Shown: positions 31,935 to 42,333, counted from the stretch's first letter. The stretch is DNA of 64,000 nt from an uncultured Chthonomonadaceae bacterium (GCA_963835065.1 CAWIEK010000044.1:352001-416000), one strand, 5' to 3'. The notes: generated by a model from the letters alone, not told the origin. Numbers and translations: made by a program.

Positions 31935-34586
31935 TCACCGCGCCTGCATCTTCAAAATCGTCACGGAGTACGGCGCGAAGGTGTAGGTGAAATCGGTTCC
32001 CAGGCCGCTGGCCTGCGTGGTGACGGGCACGATTTTAGTCGGTTCCGTGATCGTGTTGGTATCCTGCGGGCCGGTTCCGCTCAGGACGATGGCGGTTCCC
32101 GTTGGGGCAACGGAACCCGCGCCCGTCAGCGTGACATGCACGGGCTGGGGCTGCGCGGACGAGTTGACCATTTTCACGTACACGGTTCCGGTTTTGCTGT
32201 CGCGGGTCACGCTTTCGGCCAGCCGCGTATTTCCGGTCAGGATGGCGGGCAGAACCGTATCGCCGTGATGAGCGGCAAACATTGCCTGCGCGTAATAGGA
32301 GGGTGAGCCGTAGTTGGTCAGCGCGTCGTAGCCGATAAGGTTGACGGCCCACTGCCTGCCGCCGGGATTGACATTGACCAGAAGGGGCGCGTAGGATTCC
32401 AGAACCACGATGTCGGAATTGCGCTCCATACCCGTCATCCAGGCCGCGTCGCCAAGCGCGGAATTCAGCGTGGGCGTGGGGCCTTTGGTTTCGGGGCGTT
32501 CCCAGGGGCGGTCTATGTCCTGCGACGCCCATTCGCCGACAAAGATTTTCGGGCCATTGCGGTCATAGCGGTCATAATGGTGCGCGTCCCGCTCCATCGC
32601 CCGCGCCGTCCGGTAAAAATGCTCGTCCAGCACGTCCGGCTTGCGGCTGCGTACCGAGGTTGTGGCAATGATTTGCAGTTTGGGGTATTTGGCTTTGATG
32701 GCGTCGTAGAACTGCGCGAAGCGTCCGTCGTAACTGCCCGAACGGTCGAAATTGTCCTCGTTGCCCACTTCCACGTAGGTCAGCGGGAACGGCGCGGGGT
32801 GTCCGTTTTTGGCCCGCTCCGCGCCCCATTTCGTGCTGTTCGCATCGCCGGTCACGTACTCGATCTCGTCCAGTGCGTCCTGCACGTATGGCTGCAAGTC
32901 GGGACCGGGCGTGACGTGTTCGCCGCGCAGGGAGTAGCCGCCGTAGACGGCCAGCACCGGCTCCATTTTCAGGTCTTCGCACCACTGCAAAAATTCCTGC
33001 AAGCCCATGCCATCGGAAGAGCGGTAGCTCCACGTTCCCGTATGACCGGGGCGCTGCGTAATCGGCCCAATCGTCTTTTTCCAATCGAAGCGGGTGGCGA
33101 TGGTGTCGCCTTCCAAATAGTTGCCGCCGGGCAGGCGCAGAAACGCGGGCTTCATATCCCCTAATCGCTGCATCAGGTCGGGGCGGTTGCCGTTCGGACG
33201 GTTTTTGTACGTGGGCGGAAACAGGGAAACGAGGTTGAACCAGACCGTGCCGGGCTTGGAAGTGGACAGTACGAAGCGCGTGTCTTTGGTGGGCGAAACA
33301 TTGCCCGTGTTCAGCGCCAGCGTGTATTGTTTCCACTCCGCGCCGATTTTAGACACCTGCGCATGGGCGTATACCGTTGCGCCATTTGTGCTTTCGATGC
33401 TTGCCGTGATCGGCCCGGAGAAATCCTGTCCGGCGCGGGCGTAAAACGAGGTCCGGTAGCGCGTGTTGGGCTTGACGGGAATACCCCAGTAGCCGTCATT
33501 GGCGATGCCGACGCGCCCCTTCTCCGTCGCGCCGTTTACTGTGAGTTTCAAACTCGTGGGCAAAACCGGGTTGAGCGGCTGCGTAGTGTCCAGCGCGATT
33601 TCGCCCGTTGCACTGCCTTCCTGCAGGCGCGTGTTGGCGTCGCCTTCCTGTACCACCGACCAGTGAACCGGGTTGGCGGGATTGTCCCGGAAGACGCGGT
33701 TGCGGATCAATTCGCCGTACAATCCGCCGTCATAAGAATAGTTGATTTCCTCGGTCATCAGGCCGTACAGCATGGGACTCACCTTCGCTCCGGGCTGCGC
33801 CGCATTGATTTGCAGGCTTGCGGGACCGGAAGGAGTTTCCTGCTGCATGGCGTTGGGCAGGTCGGCGCGGGCAAGCGAGCGCACATCGGACGCTGAAAGG
33901 GGCGCGTCGTACAGGCGCACCTCGTCAACTGCGCCGTTCACCCAATCCACCGGGTTGCCGTTGAATTTGCCCCTGCCAATCACCGTGCTTCCGGCTGCGC
34001 GCCACGCGCTTTGTACGGGAATCTTCTGCTGCAACACGCCATTGACGTACAAAGCCAGCGTTTTGGCGCTTGCATCGTACACGCCCGCCAGGTGGTACCA
34101 CGTATTCGGCATCGGCGCAATGTCGGAAGAAGCAATCGCGGCGTTATTCGCCGCGCTGTCATTGGCAGGCAGGGTGATGGCAAATTCGCCGTTATCATCC
34201 CGCAATTGCAGGAAGAAGCCGCTGATTTGCTGCCCGTCCACGCTCACGAACGTCTGGTAGCCGCCGATACGGTTCAATTTCACGCAGGCCGTGACCGTAT
34301 AACTGCGCGTGGTGTCTATGACGGGGCGCGCGATTTCGGCGAAACTGCCGGGGCGTCCGCCGAAGCGCAGGGCATGTGTTCCCACGCCGCCCGCCGCCCA
34401 ATCCACACTGCCGCGCAGGGTCAGCGCGTTGACGGCCTGCCCGGAAGCATCAGATGCCGACGCGCCGGTTCCCTCCTCAAACTTCCATTCCACGACCGGG
34501 CGCGGCGTGGCTTCCTGTGTTCGCGCCCCCATCATGGGCAGCATCAATGCGGCGGCGGCAAGGGAAAAAACAACTTTGTTTCTCAT
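31935..34586 (-). CDS. GH51 alpha-L-arabinofuranosidase with N-terminal LamG domain
   Basis: LamG (WYHLAGVYD, LYVNG, VDEVRLY); EEINYSYDGGLYGEL, LRLPGG, EVGNE, VGEWA, MERNSD, YAPLL. Confidence 0.92.
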   Translation of the reverse strand: MRNKVVFSLAAAALMLPMMGARTQEATPRPVVEWKFEEGTGASASDASGQAVNALTLRGSVDWAAGGVGTHALRFGGRPGSFAEIARPVIDTTRSYTVTACVKLNRIGGYQTFVSVDGQQISGFFLQLRDDNGEFAITLPANDSAANNAAIASSDIAPMPNTWYHLAGVYDASAKTLALYVNGVLQQKIPVQSAWRAAGSTVIGRGKFNGNPVDWVNGAVDEVRLYDAPLSASDVRSLARADLPNAMQQETPSGPASLQINAAQPGAKVSPMLYGLMTEEINYSYDGGLYGELIRNRVFRDNPANPVHWSVVQEGDANTRLQEGSATGEIALDTTQPLNPVLPTSLKLTVNGATEKGRVGIANDGYWGIPVKPNTRYRTSFYARAGQDFSGPITASIESTNGATVYAHAQVSKIGAEWKQYTLALNTGNVSPTKDTRFVLSTSKPGTVWFNLVSLFPPTYKNRPNGNRPDLMQRLGDMKPAFLRLPGGNYLEGDTIATRFDWKKTIGPITQRPGHTGTWSYRSSDGMGLQEFLQWCEDLKMEPVLAVYGGYSLRGEHVTPGPDLQPYVQDALDEIEYVTGDANSTKWGAERAKNGHPAPFPLTYVEVGNEDNFDRSGSYDGRFAQFYDAIKAKYPKLQIIATTSVRSRKPDVLDEHFYRTARAMERDAHHYDRYDRNGPKIFVGEWASQDIDRPWERPETKGPTPTLNSALGDAAWMTGMERNSDIVVLESYAPLLVNVNPGGRQWAVNLIGYDALTNYGSPSYYAQAMFAAHHGDTVLPAILTGNTRLAESVTRDSKTGTVYVKMVNSSAQPQPVHVTLTGAGSVAPTGTAIVLSGTGPQDTNTITEPTKIVPVTTQASGLGTDFTYTFAPYSVTILKMQAR

Positions 34587-34696
34587 AGTTCTTAATTCTG
34601 CAAGTAAAGGCGTTAACGTTTGAATGAATACACAGTATGGAGAGTAACCACAGGAATCGTCCATGTGGTAGTGTTATTGTAGCACAAACCGGCTTT

Positions 34697-36307
34697 TTAT
34701 AAGCCGGATTCGGGCGCAGGGTTTGTGGTTTTGGTGGCAGAAACGGTGGCTGCCGGTTTGTCTTCGGCAAGCAGGCTGCTGACCGCGCGTACCGCAATTT
34801 TTGCCAACAGGCCGATGCCGAACAGCGCGAGGCACAGAAACAGCAGGGTGACACTGGTACAGGTGAGCCAGCGTGGTTCGCGGCGGTTTTTTGAGGTCGA
34901 ACGGGGAACGCCACGCTCTAAAGGCACGGTCGTGGGAGTGTGGGCGGGCGGCGTGTTCGGCGGCGAGGGCGCAGGCACAGACGCGGGCGTTCCGGCTTCA
35001 TCCCACATGCGTTTGAGCGGCTGCAAAAAACCCAATGCGGCTTTCCCGGCAGGCGTTTTCTGCAAGGTATCCTGCGCGGGCTTCCACCAGCCTTCGTCTT
35101 CTTCGGGCGCAGGCGGCGCTTGCTGGCCGGGTACAGTCGCCGCGTGAGCCGGGGCGGATGGGGCGGGCGGGGCGGAAACCGGCGGGCGGGGAGAGGAACG
35201 CCCATTCGGAGGCGCAGGCGCAGCAGTCGGGGTTTTGCCCGCAGTCGGGGGTTTCCCCCCGGTATTTGCGGCTTGCGTCCGGGCGTTCGTGGCTTGCGTC
35301 CCGACGTTCACGGGCTGCGATTGCGCCTGCTCGCGCTGCGCCTGCGCGTTTGCGGATTTGGGTTGGGCTGTCGGCGCGGGCGGATCGTGCCACCAGGGAG
35401 TGGGCGCGGGCAGGTCGGGCAGGGAAGCAACGGTTTCCGCAAAATCCGGCACACGCCAGATCACGCCCTCACACGCTTCGGCCAATTTCTGCGACAGTTT
35501 GCGTACCAGAGGTTCGCCGCTCTGATATAAGCGCTTGAAAATGTCGGACTTTTGAGGCGCTTTGAAGTCGGTTGCGGAAAACAGCAGGTTTTCGCCCGTA
35601 TGAAACGTTTCCCACAATCTGGGATCGTAAATCAGGGCGACCAGACTGGTGTAAATCACCAGAGCGGCGAAATTGTCCAGATTGGCGTTGTAGCTTTCCG
35701 CCGCGCGTTGTGGATGCTGATAGTTGGGATGGCCGAGTTCATGGCTGGCCTGTCCGCGCAGGGATGGCACGAACAAGCCGTCGTAATCCACAAGCCGCAA
35801 TTCGCCATTGGGCGTAACCAGCACATTACCATGCTGCAAGTCGGCGTGCGCGATACCGTTGTGGCGCAAGTCCGCCAGCAGTTTGCGCCACTGCCGCGCC
35901 AGTCTGCGCAGGGTGTCCGGTTCCTCAAGATGCTTGCTGATATAGGTGTGCAGCGTGACGCCTTCGACCCAGTCCATTTTGACAATCGGATACCACTGCC
36001 CGCGCACCCGAATACCCTGCGGCTCATACGCGAACCCGACCATCCCCGGCATCTTGATCTGGCTAAGGTACGCGCTCAGGGCGGCGTAGCGCTCCCGCTG
36101 ATCCGCGCTTGGGCGCAAAAAGCAGCGCACGGCCCACCGGTGTTCGCCGTTGCGCATTTCGTACACGCTGGCAAACATGCCCGACGCCACGCGGGGCAAT
36201 CCCAAGCGGTTCAGCGTGACCTGCCCGCCTTGCAATTGCGGGTCCTGAAAACACTGCTTCGGGTTTTGAACGGCGTCCTGATAATCGGAGGCAAGCGGCC
36301 AGTTCAT
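34697..36307 (-). CDS. Ser/Thr kinase-like protein of vWA-PP2C-kinase triad, copy 1
   Basis: SGMFASVY, WAVRCF, HADLQHGNVLV, LVDYDG; Pro/Ala linker; C-terminal TM. Confidence 0.88.
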   Translation of the reverse strand: MNWPLASDYQDAVQNPKQCFQDPQLQGGQVTLNRLGLPRVASGMFASVYEMRNGEHRWAVRCFLRPSADQRERYAALSAYLSQIKMPGMVGFAYEPQGIRVRGQWYPIVKMDWVEGVTLHTYISKHLEEPDTLRRLARQWRKLLADLRHNGIAHADLQHGNVLVTPNGELRLVDYDGLFVPSLRGQASHELGHPNYQHPQRAAESYNANLDNFAALVIYTSLVALIYDPRLWETFHTGENLLFSATDFKAPQKSDIFKRLYQSGEPLVRKLSQKLAEACEGVIWRVPDFAETVASLPDLPAPTPWWHDPPAPTAQPKSANAQAQREQAQSQPVNVGTQATNARTQAANTGGKPPTAGKTPTAAPAPPNGRSSPRPPVSAPPAPSAPAHAATVPGQQAPPAPEEDEGWWKPAQDTLQKTPAGKAALGFLQPLKRMWDEAGTPASVPAPSPPNTPPAHTPTTVPLERGVPRSTSKNRREPRWLTCTSVTLLFLCLALFGIGLLAKIAVRAVSSLLAEDKPAATVSATKTTNPAPESGL

Positions 36308-37410
36308 GCCAGTTCCTCCTTTAGAAAGTCGAGGCTGTTCGCGCGCGCGGGTTCGGAGTCGGGAGTTCCCGCAAAAACCGCTTGTGGCGGCGCGTCGGAA
36401 GCGGTTTCCGTTGACCCGGGCAAAGAGGCGTCGGTTGGCGCGGAAGACTGCGCATCAAGAGTTTCTGTTTGCGCGGGCGTTTGTACGTCCGCCAATGCAG
36501 AAGCCTGCGCGTCCTGAGTTGGCGAAACGTCCGAAGCGTCCACAATAACCAGCGTAACATCGTCGTTGCGGATGGCGCGCTCGTGCCGCAGCCGGGTGAT
36601 AAAGGCGGTAAACTCCTCCTGCCCGTTCAAGCCGCAAAGCGTGTCCCAGGGGCGATTGTCCGCTTCCACTTCCACCAGAAACCACCGCGCGAGGGCATCC
36701 GTCGCAAACAGCAGCACATCCCCGGCCTGCAGCGTCCCATCCCCAATCACGATGTTATCCCAAACCCGCTTGTTGTTGGCCGGGTTGGAAGACAGCAGGG
36801 GCGGCGTACTGTCGAACTGCGCCGACGCTTCCAACGGAAACGCCATCTTCACATTCCCGTCGCGTATCTGAAACAGGCAACTGTCGCCGATAGCGAAGAC
36901 CTGGAATGATGAGTGATGAGTGATGAGTGATGAGTGAACTGCATTTTGTTCATCATTCATCACTCGGCGTTCATCATTTACCTTAAATGCCAGCAGCGTG
37001 GCGAACGCGCCGGCGCGGGCTTTGTCTTCGGCGAACCAAGGCAGGGTTGTCCAGGGAACGCGACTGTGCCATTCGACTTGGAGGGGCTGCGTCCAGGCTT
37101 GGAGGCGCTCGGTGTGGACAGGGATGGTCGCCGACGGATCGGACACGAAGCCTGCTGTCAACGCCTGCGCCCACAGCCGGGCAAACGAGCTTTCGGTTGC
37201 CCCGTCCGCAATGGCGATGCAATCCGTTGCCACTGCGTAAGCGTCTTCGTAATCCGTCTCGGAGTTGCCGCCTTTGGGCATCCAGAAGGCGCGCGGCACA
37301 AGGCCCGCCACCCGCGCGAGTTCCGGCGGAAGGGTTTGTTGTGGCAAGTCGTTATCCGTGCTGATGTTATCTGTGCCGATGTTATTTGAGCCGATTATGT
37401 CTGCCTTCAT
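36304..37410 (-). CDS. PP2C-like phosphatase of triad, copy 1
   Basis: YEDA, IAIADGATES, IGDSCLF, FATDAL, RNDDVT. Confidence 0.88.
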   Translation of the reverse strand: MKADIIGSNNIGTDNISTDNDLPQQTLPPELARVAGLVPRAFWMPKGGNSETDYEDAYAVATDCIAIADGATESSFARLWAQALTAGFVSDPSATIPVHTERLQAWTQPLQVEWHSRVPWTTLPWFAEDKARAGAFATLLAFKVNDERRVMNDEQNAVHSSLITHHSSFQVFAIGDSCLFQIRDGNVKMAFPLEASAQFDSTPPLLSSNPANNKRVWDNIVIGDGTLQAGDVLLFATDALARWFLVEVEADNRPWDTLCGLNGQEEFTAFITRLRHERAIRNDDVTLVIVDASDVSPTQDAQASALADVQTPAQTETLDAQSSAPTDASLPGSTETASDAPPQAVFAGTPDSEPARANSLDFLKEELA

Positions 37411-37495
37411 TCCAGCCTTTATGTCCTGCGTACGCGCGTTAGCCTGTGGTTGTCTGAGCGCCGGAGTCAGAAATTCCGAGTACCAGGGCTTTTTG

Positions 37496-38329
37496 TCAGC
37501 GGAGATTACTGGGTCGTGTGCCGATGTCCAGAAAGCGGATCAAATCCACCAGGTCGGCATTAAACGCGAAGCCCCGCGCATCCACGCCAATCGGAAAGCC
37601 TTCGCCAATTGCCGAGTCGCTCATGCTTTGCGGCAGGAGAGAAGACAGTTCAAACAATTTGCGCGCCCAGGCGTCCGGCAGTCCGGCGTCGGAATTGGGG
37701 AACACAATCGGCGCGGCGGCATGACCGGAAATGTGGCAATTGAACAGCAGCGTGTTGCCGTCGGATGTGCTTAACCCGGCCAGCGCCTGCGCTTCCTGTG
37801 TGGGGTCGTTGTTGTACTCGCCGTCCGTGATGTTGATAACGATGGGCGGATATGAATCGGGATGGTTGGCGATCCAGGTCTGGAGCAGTTGGTGCGCCAT
37901 TTTGAAGGCTTCGCCCATGGGCGTCCCGTTGTCCATGACGGGTTCGAGCCACACGGGGAACTTGATGGTCTGGTCCACCAGCCCGCCCGCGCCGTCATCC
38001 ACTTTTTTGGTTCGTTCTTCCACGCGGGTCGGATTGTTGGCGACTTCGCTGATCGGCACGAGGAACTTGCCCGCCAATGCCCCGCCGAACGCGGGCTGCA
38101 CTTTGCCGCCATACCCGATAACGCCGATCACGTAATAATCGTTGATGCCCTCGCCCTTGGCGCATTTGATGACGAGGTTTTGCAGCAGGCGGTTGATGGC
38201 GTCGGAAACGCCGTCCGCCTTGCGCTTGCCCTGCCCGCCCCCGAATGGCTCCTCCATAGATTTCGACTGATCAATCAAAAAAACAAACGCGCTGGGATTG
38301 GCGCGGCTTATTTCGGCTGAGTAGGCCAT
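37496..38329 (-). CDS. vWA (TerY-like) protein of triad, copy 1
   Basis: MIDAS DQSKS, GTPM, INITDG; GGAGG before the ATG at 38329. Confidence 0.9.
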   Translation of the reverse strand: MAYSAEISRANPSAFVFLIDQSKSMEEPFGGGQGKRKADGVSDAINRLLQNLVIKCAKGEGINDYYVIGVIGYGGKVQPAFGGALAGKFLVPISEVANNPTRVEERTKKVDDGAGGLVDQTIKFPVWLEPVMDNGTPMGEAFKMAHQLLQTWIANHPDSYPPIVINITDGEYNNDPTQEAQALAGLSTSDGNTLLFNCHISGHAAAPIVFPNSDAGLPDAWARKLFELSSLLPQSMSDSAIGEGFPIGVDARGFAFNADLVDLIRFLDIGTRPSNLR

Positions 38330-40032
38330 GAAATGCCCTCCGTAGCCCTGCATTTGTGGTCCGCAGGGATGATTTTGGTTTCGTAAGCACTACGGATGCA
38401 AAGCGGTTTGGTTTCAAAAAGGACTAATTTTTTCCCGGCGTGGAAGGTTGTGGGATTAGCGGTGGAAACGGTGGCTGCCGGTTTGTCTTCGGCAAGCAGG
38501 GTGCTGACGGCGCGTACCGCAATTTTTGCCAACAGGCCGATGCCGAACAGCGTGAGGCATAGAAACAGCAGGGTGACACTGGTACAGGTGAGCCAGCGTG
38601 GTTCGCGGCGGTTTTTTGAGGTCGAACGGGGAACGCCACGCTCTAAAGGCACGGTCGTGGGAGTGTGGGCGGGCGGCGTGTTCGGCGGCGAGGGCGCAGG
38701 CACAGACGCGGGCGTTCCGGCTTCATCCCACATGCGTTTGAGCGGCTGCAAAAAACCCAATGCGGCTTTCCCGGCAGGCGTTTTCTGCAAGGTATCCTGC
38801 GCGGGCTTCCACCAGCCTTCGTCTTCTTCGGGCGCAGGCGGCGCTTGCTGGCCGGGTACAGTCGCCGCGTGAGCCGGGGCGGATGGAGCGGGCGGGGCGG
38901 AAACCGGCGGGCGGGGAGAGGAACGCCCATTCGGAGGCGCAGGCGCAGCAGTCGGGGTTTTGCCCGCAGTCGGGGGTTTCCCCCCGGTATTTGCGGCTTG
39001 CGTCCGGGCGTTCGTGGCTTGCGTCCCGACGTTCACGGGCTGCGATTGCGCCTGCTCGCGCTGCGCCTGCGCGTTTGCGGATTTGGGTTGGGCTGTCGGC
39101 GCGGGCGGATCGTGCCACCAGGGAGTGGGCGCGGGCAGGTCGGGCAGGGAAGCAACGGTTTCCGCAAAATCCGGCACACGCCAGATCACGCCCTCACACG
39201 CTTCGGCCAATTTCTGCGACAGTTTGCGTACCAGAGGTTCGCCGCTCTGATATAAGCGCTTGAAAATGTCGGACTTTTGAGGCGCTTTGAAGTCGGTTGC
39301 GGAAAACAGCAGGTTTTCGCCCGTATGAAACGTTTCCCACAATCTGGGATCGTAAATCAGGGCGACCAGACTGGTGTAAATCACCAGAGCGGCGAAATTG
39401 TCCAGATTGGCGTTGTAGCTTTCCGCCGCGCGTTGTGGATGCTGATAGTTGGGATGGCCGAGTTCATGGCTGGCCTGTCCGCGCAGGGATGGCACGAACA
39501 AGCCGTCGTAATCCACAAGCCGCAATTCGCCGTTGGGCGTAACCAGCACATTACCATGCTGCAAGTCGGCGTGCGCGATACCGTTGTGGCGCAAGTCCGC
39601 CAGCAGTTTGCGCCACTGCCGCGCCAGTTTGCGCAGGGTGTCCGGTTCCTCAAGATGCTTGCTGATATAGGTGTGCAGCGTGACGCCTTCGACCCAGTCC
39701 ATTTTGACAATCGGATACCACTGCCCGCGCACCCGAATACCCTGCGGCTCATACGCGAACCCGACCATCCCCGGCATCTTGATCTGGCTCAGGTACGCGC
39801 TCAGGGCGGCGTAGCGCTCCCGCTGATCCGCGCTTGGGCGCAAAAAGCAGCGCACGGCCCACCGGTGTTCGCCGTTGCGCATTTCGTACACGCTGGCAAA
39901 CATGCCCGACGCCACGCGGGGCAATCCCAAGCGGTTCAGCGTGACCTGCCCGCCTTGCAATTGCGGGTCCTGAAAACACTGCTTCGGGTTTTGAACGGCG
40001 TCCTGATAATCGGAGGCAAGCGGCCAGTTCAT
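38308..40032 (-). CDS. Ser/Thr kinase-like protein of triad, copy 2 (reads through the leader into the next vWA start)
   Basis: Near-identical to copy 1 up to AEDKPAATVS, then a different tail. Confidence 0.88.
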   Translation of the reverse strand: MNWPLASDYQDAVQNPKQCFQDPQLQGGQVTLNRLGLPRVASGMFASVYEMRNGEHRWAVRCFLRPSADQRERYAALSAYLSQIKMPGMVGFAYEPQGIRVRGQWYPIVKMDWVEGVTLHTYISKHLEEPDTLRKLARQWRKLLADLRHNGIAHADLQHGNVLVTPNGELRLVDYDGLFVPSLRGQASHELGHPNYQHPQRAAESYNANLDNFAALVIYTSLVALIYDPRLWETFHTGENLLFSATDFKAPQKSDIFKRLYQSGEPLVRKLSQKLAEACEGVIWRVPDFAETVASLPDLPAPTPWWHDPPAPTAQPKSANAQAQREQAQSQPVNVGTQATNARTQAANTGGKPPTAGKTPTAAPAPPNGRSSPRPPVSAPPAPSAPAHAATVPGQQAPPAPEEDEGWWKPAQDTLQKTPAGKAALGFLQPLKRMWDEAGTPASVPAPSPPNTPPAHTPTTVPLERGVPRSTSKNRREPRWLTCTSVTLLFLCLTLFGIGLLAKIAVRAVSTLLAEDKPAATVSTANPTTFHAGKKLVLFETKPLCIRSAYETKIIPADHKCRATEGISWPTQPK

Positions 40033-41135
40033 GCCAGTTCCTCCTTTAGAAAGTCGAGGCTGTTCGCGCGCGCGGGTTCGGAGTCGGGAGTTCCCGCAAA
40101 AACCGCTTGTGGCGGCGCGTCGGAAGCGGTTTCCGTTGACCCGGGCAAAGAGGCGTCGGTTGGCGCGGAAGACTGCGCATCAAGAGTTTCTGTTTGCGCG
40201 GGCGTTTGTACGTCCGCCAATGCAGAAGCCTGCGCGTCCTGAGTTGGCGAAACGTCCGAAGCGTCCACAATAACCAGCGTAACATCGTCGTTGCGGATGG
40301 CGCGCTCGTGCCGCAGCCGGGTGACAAAGGCGGTAAACTCCTCCTGCCCGTTCAAGCCGCAAAGCGTGTCCCAGGGGCGATTGTCCGCTTCCACTTCCAC
40401 CAGAAACCACCGCGCGAGGGCATCCGTCGCAAACAGCAGCACATCCCCGGCCTGCAGCGTCCCATCCCCAATCACGATGTTATCCCAAACCCGCTTGTTG
40501 TTGGCCGGGTTGGAAGACAGCAGGGGCGGCGTACTGTCGAACTGCGCCGACGCTTCCAACGGAAACGCCATCTTCACATTCCCGTCGCGTATCTGAAACA
40601 GGCAACTGTCGCCGATAGCGAAGACCTGGAATGATGAGTGATGAGTGATGAGTGATGAGTGAACTGCATTTTGTTCATCATTCATCACTCGGCGTTCATC
40701 ATTTACCTTAAATGCCAGCAGCGTGGCGAACGCGCCGGCGCGGGCTTTGTCTTCGGCGAACCAAGGCAGGGTTGTCCAGGGAACGCGACTGTGCCATTCG
40801 ACTTGGAGGGGCTGCGTCCAGGCTTGGAGGCGCTCGGTGTGGACAGGGATGGTCGCCGATGGATCGGACACGAAGCCTGCTGTCAACGCCTGCGCCCACA
40901 GCCGGGCAAACGAGCTTTCGGTTGCCCCGTCCGCAATGGCGATGCAATCCGTTGCCACTGCGTAAGCGTCTTCGTAATCCGTCTCGGAGTTGCCGCCTTT
41001 GGGCATCCAGAAGGCACGCGGCACAAGGCCCGCCACCCGCGCGAGTTCCGGCGGAAGGGTTTGTTGTGGCAAGTTGTTATCCGTGCTGATGTTATCTGTG
41101 CCGATGTTATTTGTGCCGATTATGTCTGCCTTCAT
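40029..41135 (-). CDS. PP2C-like phosphatase of triad, copy 2
   Basis: Near-identical to 36304-37410. Confidence 0.88.
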   Translation of the reverse strand: MKADIIGTNNIGTDNISTDNNLPQQTLPPELARVAGLVPRAFWMPKGGNSETDYEDAYAVATDCIAIADGATESSFARLWAQALTAGFVSDPSATIPVHTERLQAWTQPLQVEWHSRVPWTTLPWFAEDKARAGAFATLLAFKVNDERRVMNDEQNAVHSSLITHHSSFQVFAIGDSCLFQIRDGNVKMAFPLEASAQFDSTPPLLSSNPANNKRVWDNIVIGDGTLQAGDVLLFATDALARWFLVEVEADNRPWDTLCGLNGQEEFTAFVTRLRHERAIRNDDVTLVIVDASDVSPTQDAQASALADVQTPAQTETLDAQSSAPTDASLPGSTETASDAPPQAVFAGTPDSEPARANSLDFLKEELA

Positions 41136-41220
41136 TCCAGCCTTTATGTCCTGCGTACGCGCATTAGCCTGTGGTTGTCTGAGCGCCGGAGTCAGAAATT
41201 CCGAGTACCAGGGCTTTTTG

Positions 41221-42054
41221 TCAGCGGAGATTACTGGGTCGTGTGCCGATGTCCAGAAAGCGGATCAAATCCACCAGGTCGGCATTAAACGCGAAGCCCC
41301 GCGCATCCACGCCAATCGGAAAGCCTTCGCCAATTGCCGAGTTGCTCATGCTTTGCGGCAGGAGAGAAGACAGTTCAAACAATTTGCGCGCCCAGGCGTC
41401 CGGCAGTCCGGCGTCGGAATTGGGGAACACAATCGGCGCGGCGGCATGACCGGAAATGTGGCAATTGAACAGCAGCGTGTTGCCGTCGGATGTGCTTAAC
41501 CCGGCCAGCGCCTGCGCTTCCTGCGTGGGATCGTTGTTGTACTCGCCGTCCGTGATGTTGATAACGATGGGCGGATACGAATCGGGATGGTTGGCGATCC
41601 AGGTCTGGAGCAGTTGGTGCGCCATTTTGAAGGCTTCGCCCATGGGCGTCCCGTTGTCCATGACGGGTTCGAGCCACACGGGGAACTTGATGGTCTGGTC
41701 CACCAGCCCGCCCGCGCCGTCATCCACTTTTTTGGTTCGTTCTTCCACGCGGGTCGGATTGTTGGCGACTTCGCTGATCGGCACGAGGAACTTGCCCGCC
41801 AATGCCCCGCCGAACGCGGGCTGCACTTTGCCGCCATACCCGATAACGCCGATCACGTAATAATCGTTGATACCTTCGCCCTTGGCGCATTTGATGACAA
41901 GGTTTTGCAGCAGGCGGTTGATGGCGTCGGAAACGCCGTCCGCCTTGCGCTTGCCCTGTCCGCCCCCGAACGGCTCCTCCATAGATTTCGACTGATCAAT
42001 CAAAAAAACAAACGCGCTGGGATTGGCGCGGCTTACTTCCGCTGTATAGGCCAT
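41221..42054 (-). CDS. vWA (TerY-like) protein of triad, copy 2
   Basis: Near-identical to copy 1; N-terminus MAYTAEV versus MAYSAEI. Confidence 0.9.
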   Translation of the reverse strand: MAYTAEVSRANPSAFVFLIDQSKSMEEPFGGGQGKRKADGVSDAINRLLQNLVIKCAKGEGINDYYVIGVIGYGGKVQPAFGGALAGKFLVPISEVANNPTRVEERTKKVDDGAGGLVDQTIKFPVWLEPVMDNGTPMGEAFKMAHQLLQTWIANHPDSYPPIVINITDGEYNNDPTQEAQALAGLSTSDGNTLLFNCHISGHAAAPIVFPNSDAGLPDAWARKLFELSSLLPQSMSNSAIGEGFPIGVDARGFAFNADLVDLIRFLDIGTRPSNLR

Positions 42055-42333
42055 GAAATGCCCTCCGTAGCCCTGCATGTGTCGTCTGCAGGGATGATTT
42101 TGGTTCCGTAAGCACTACGGATGCAAAGCGGTTTGGTTTTATAAATACGGGCGGGCTATTCGTTCCACTTTGTTGTGGATGCAACGGTATGAAAGAGGTC
42201 TATTGTGTGCCTGTGTGCTAAAAGCCGCCTGTCGTACTCGAACAGCAGAAAACTGCGCTGAATATGCGCCAAAATTCTGAGATTATGGCATAATGGTTAT
42301 GTTCAGGTAAGTTTGTGTAGGGGGTGAAGAACT

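Larger units (their letters stand above)
34740..42140. repeat. Tandem duplication, period 3725 bp (34740-38415 and 38465-42140)
   Basis: Corresponding ORF coordinates differ by exactly 3725; roughly 30 substitutions and no indels seen by eye. Confidence 0.97.

Noticed and set aside
34697..42054. The vWA-PP2C-kinase triad itself as a new system
   Set aside because: TerY-P-like triads are already described. Only the repeated-H arrangement, the leader and the HEPN cassette are flagged as unusual.
42105..42140. ggatgcaaagc as part of a c-di-GMP-I riboswitch
   Set aside because: Only a short resemblance. The GNRA-capped P2 and the rest of the consensus are not evident.
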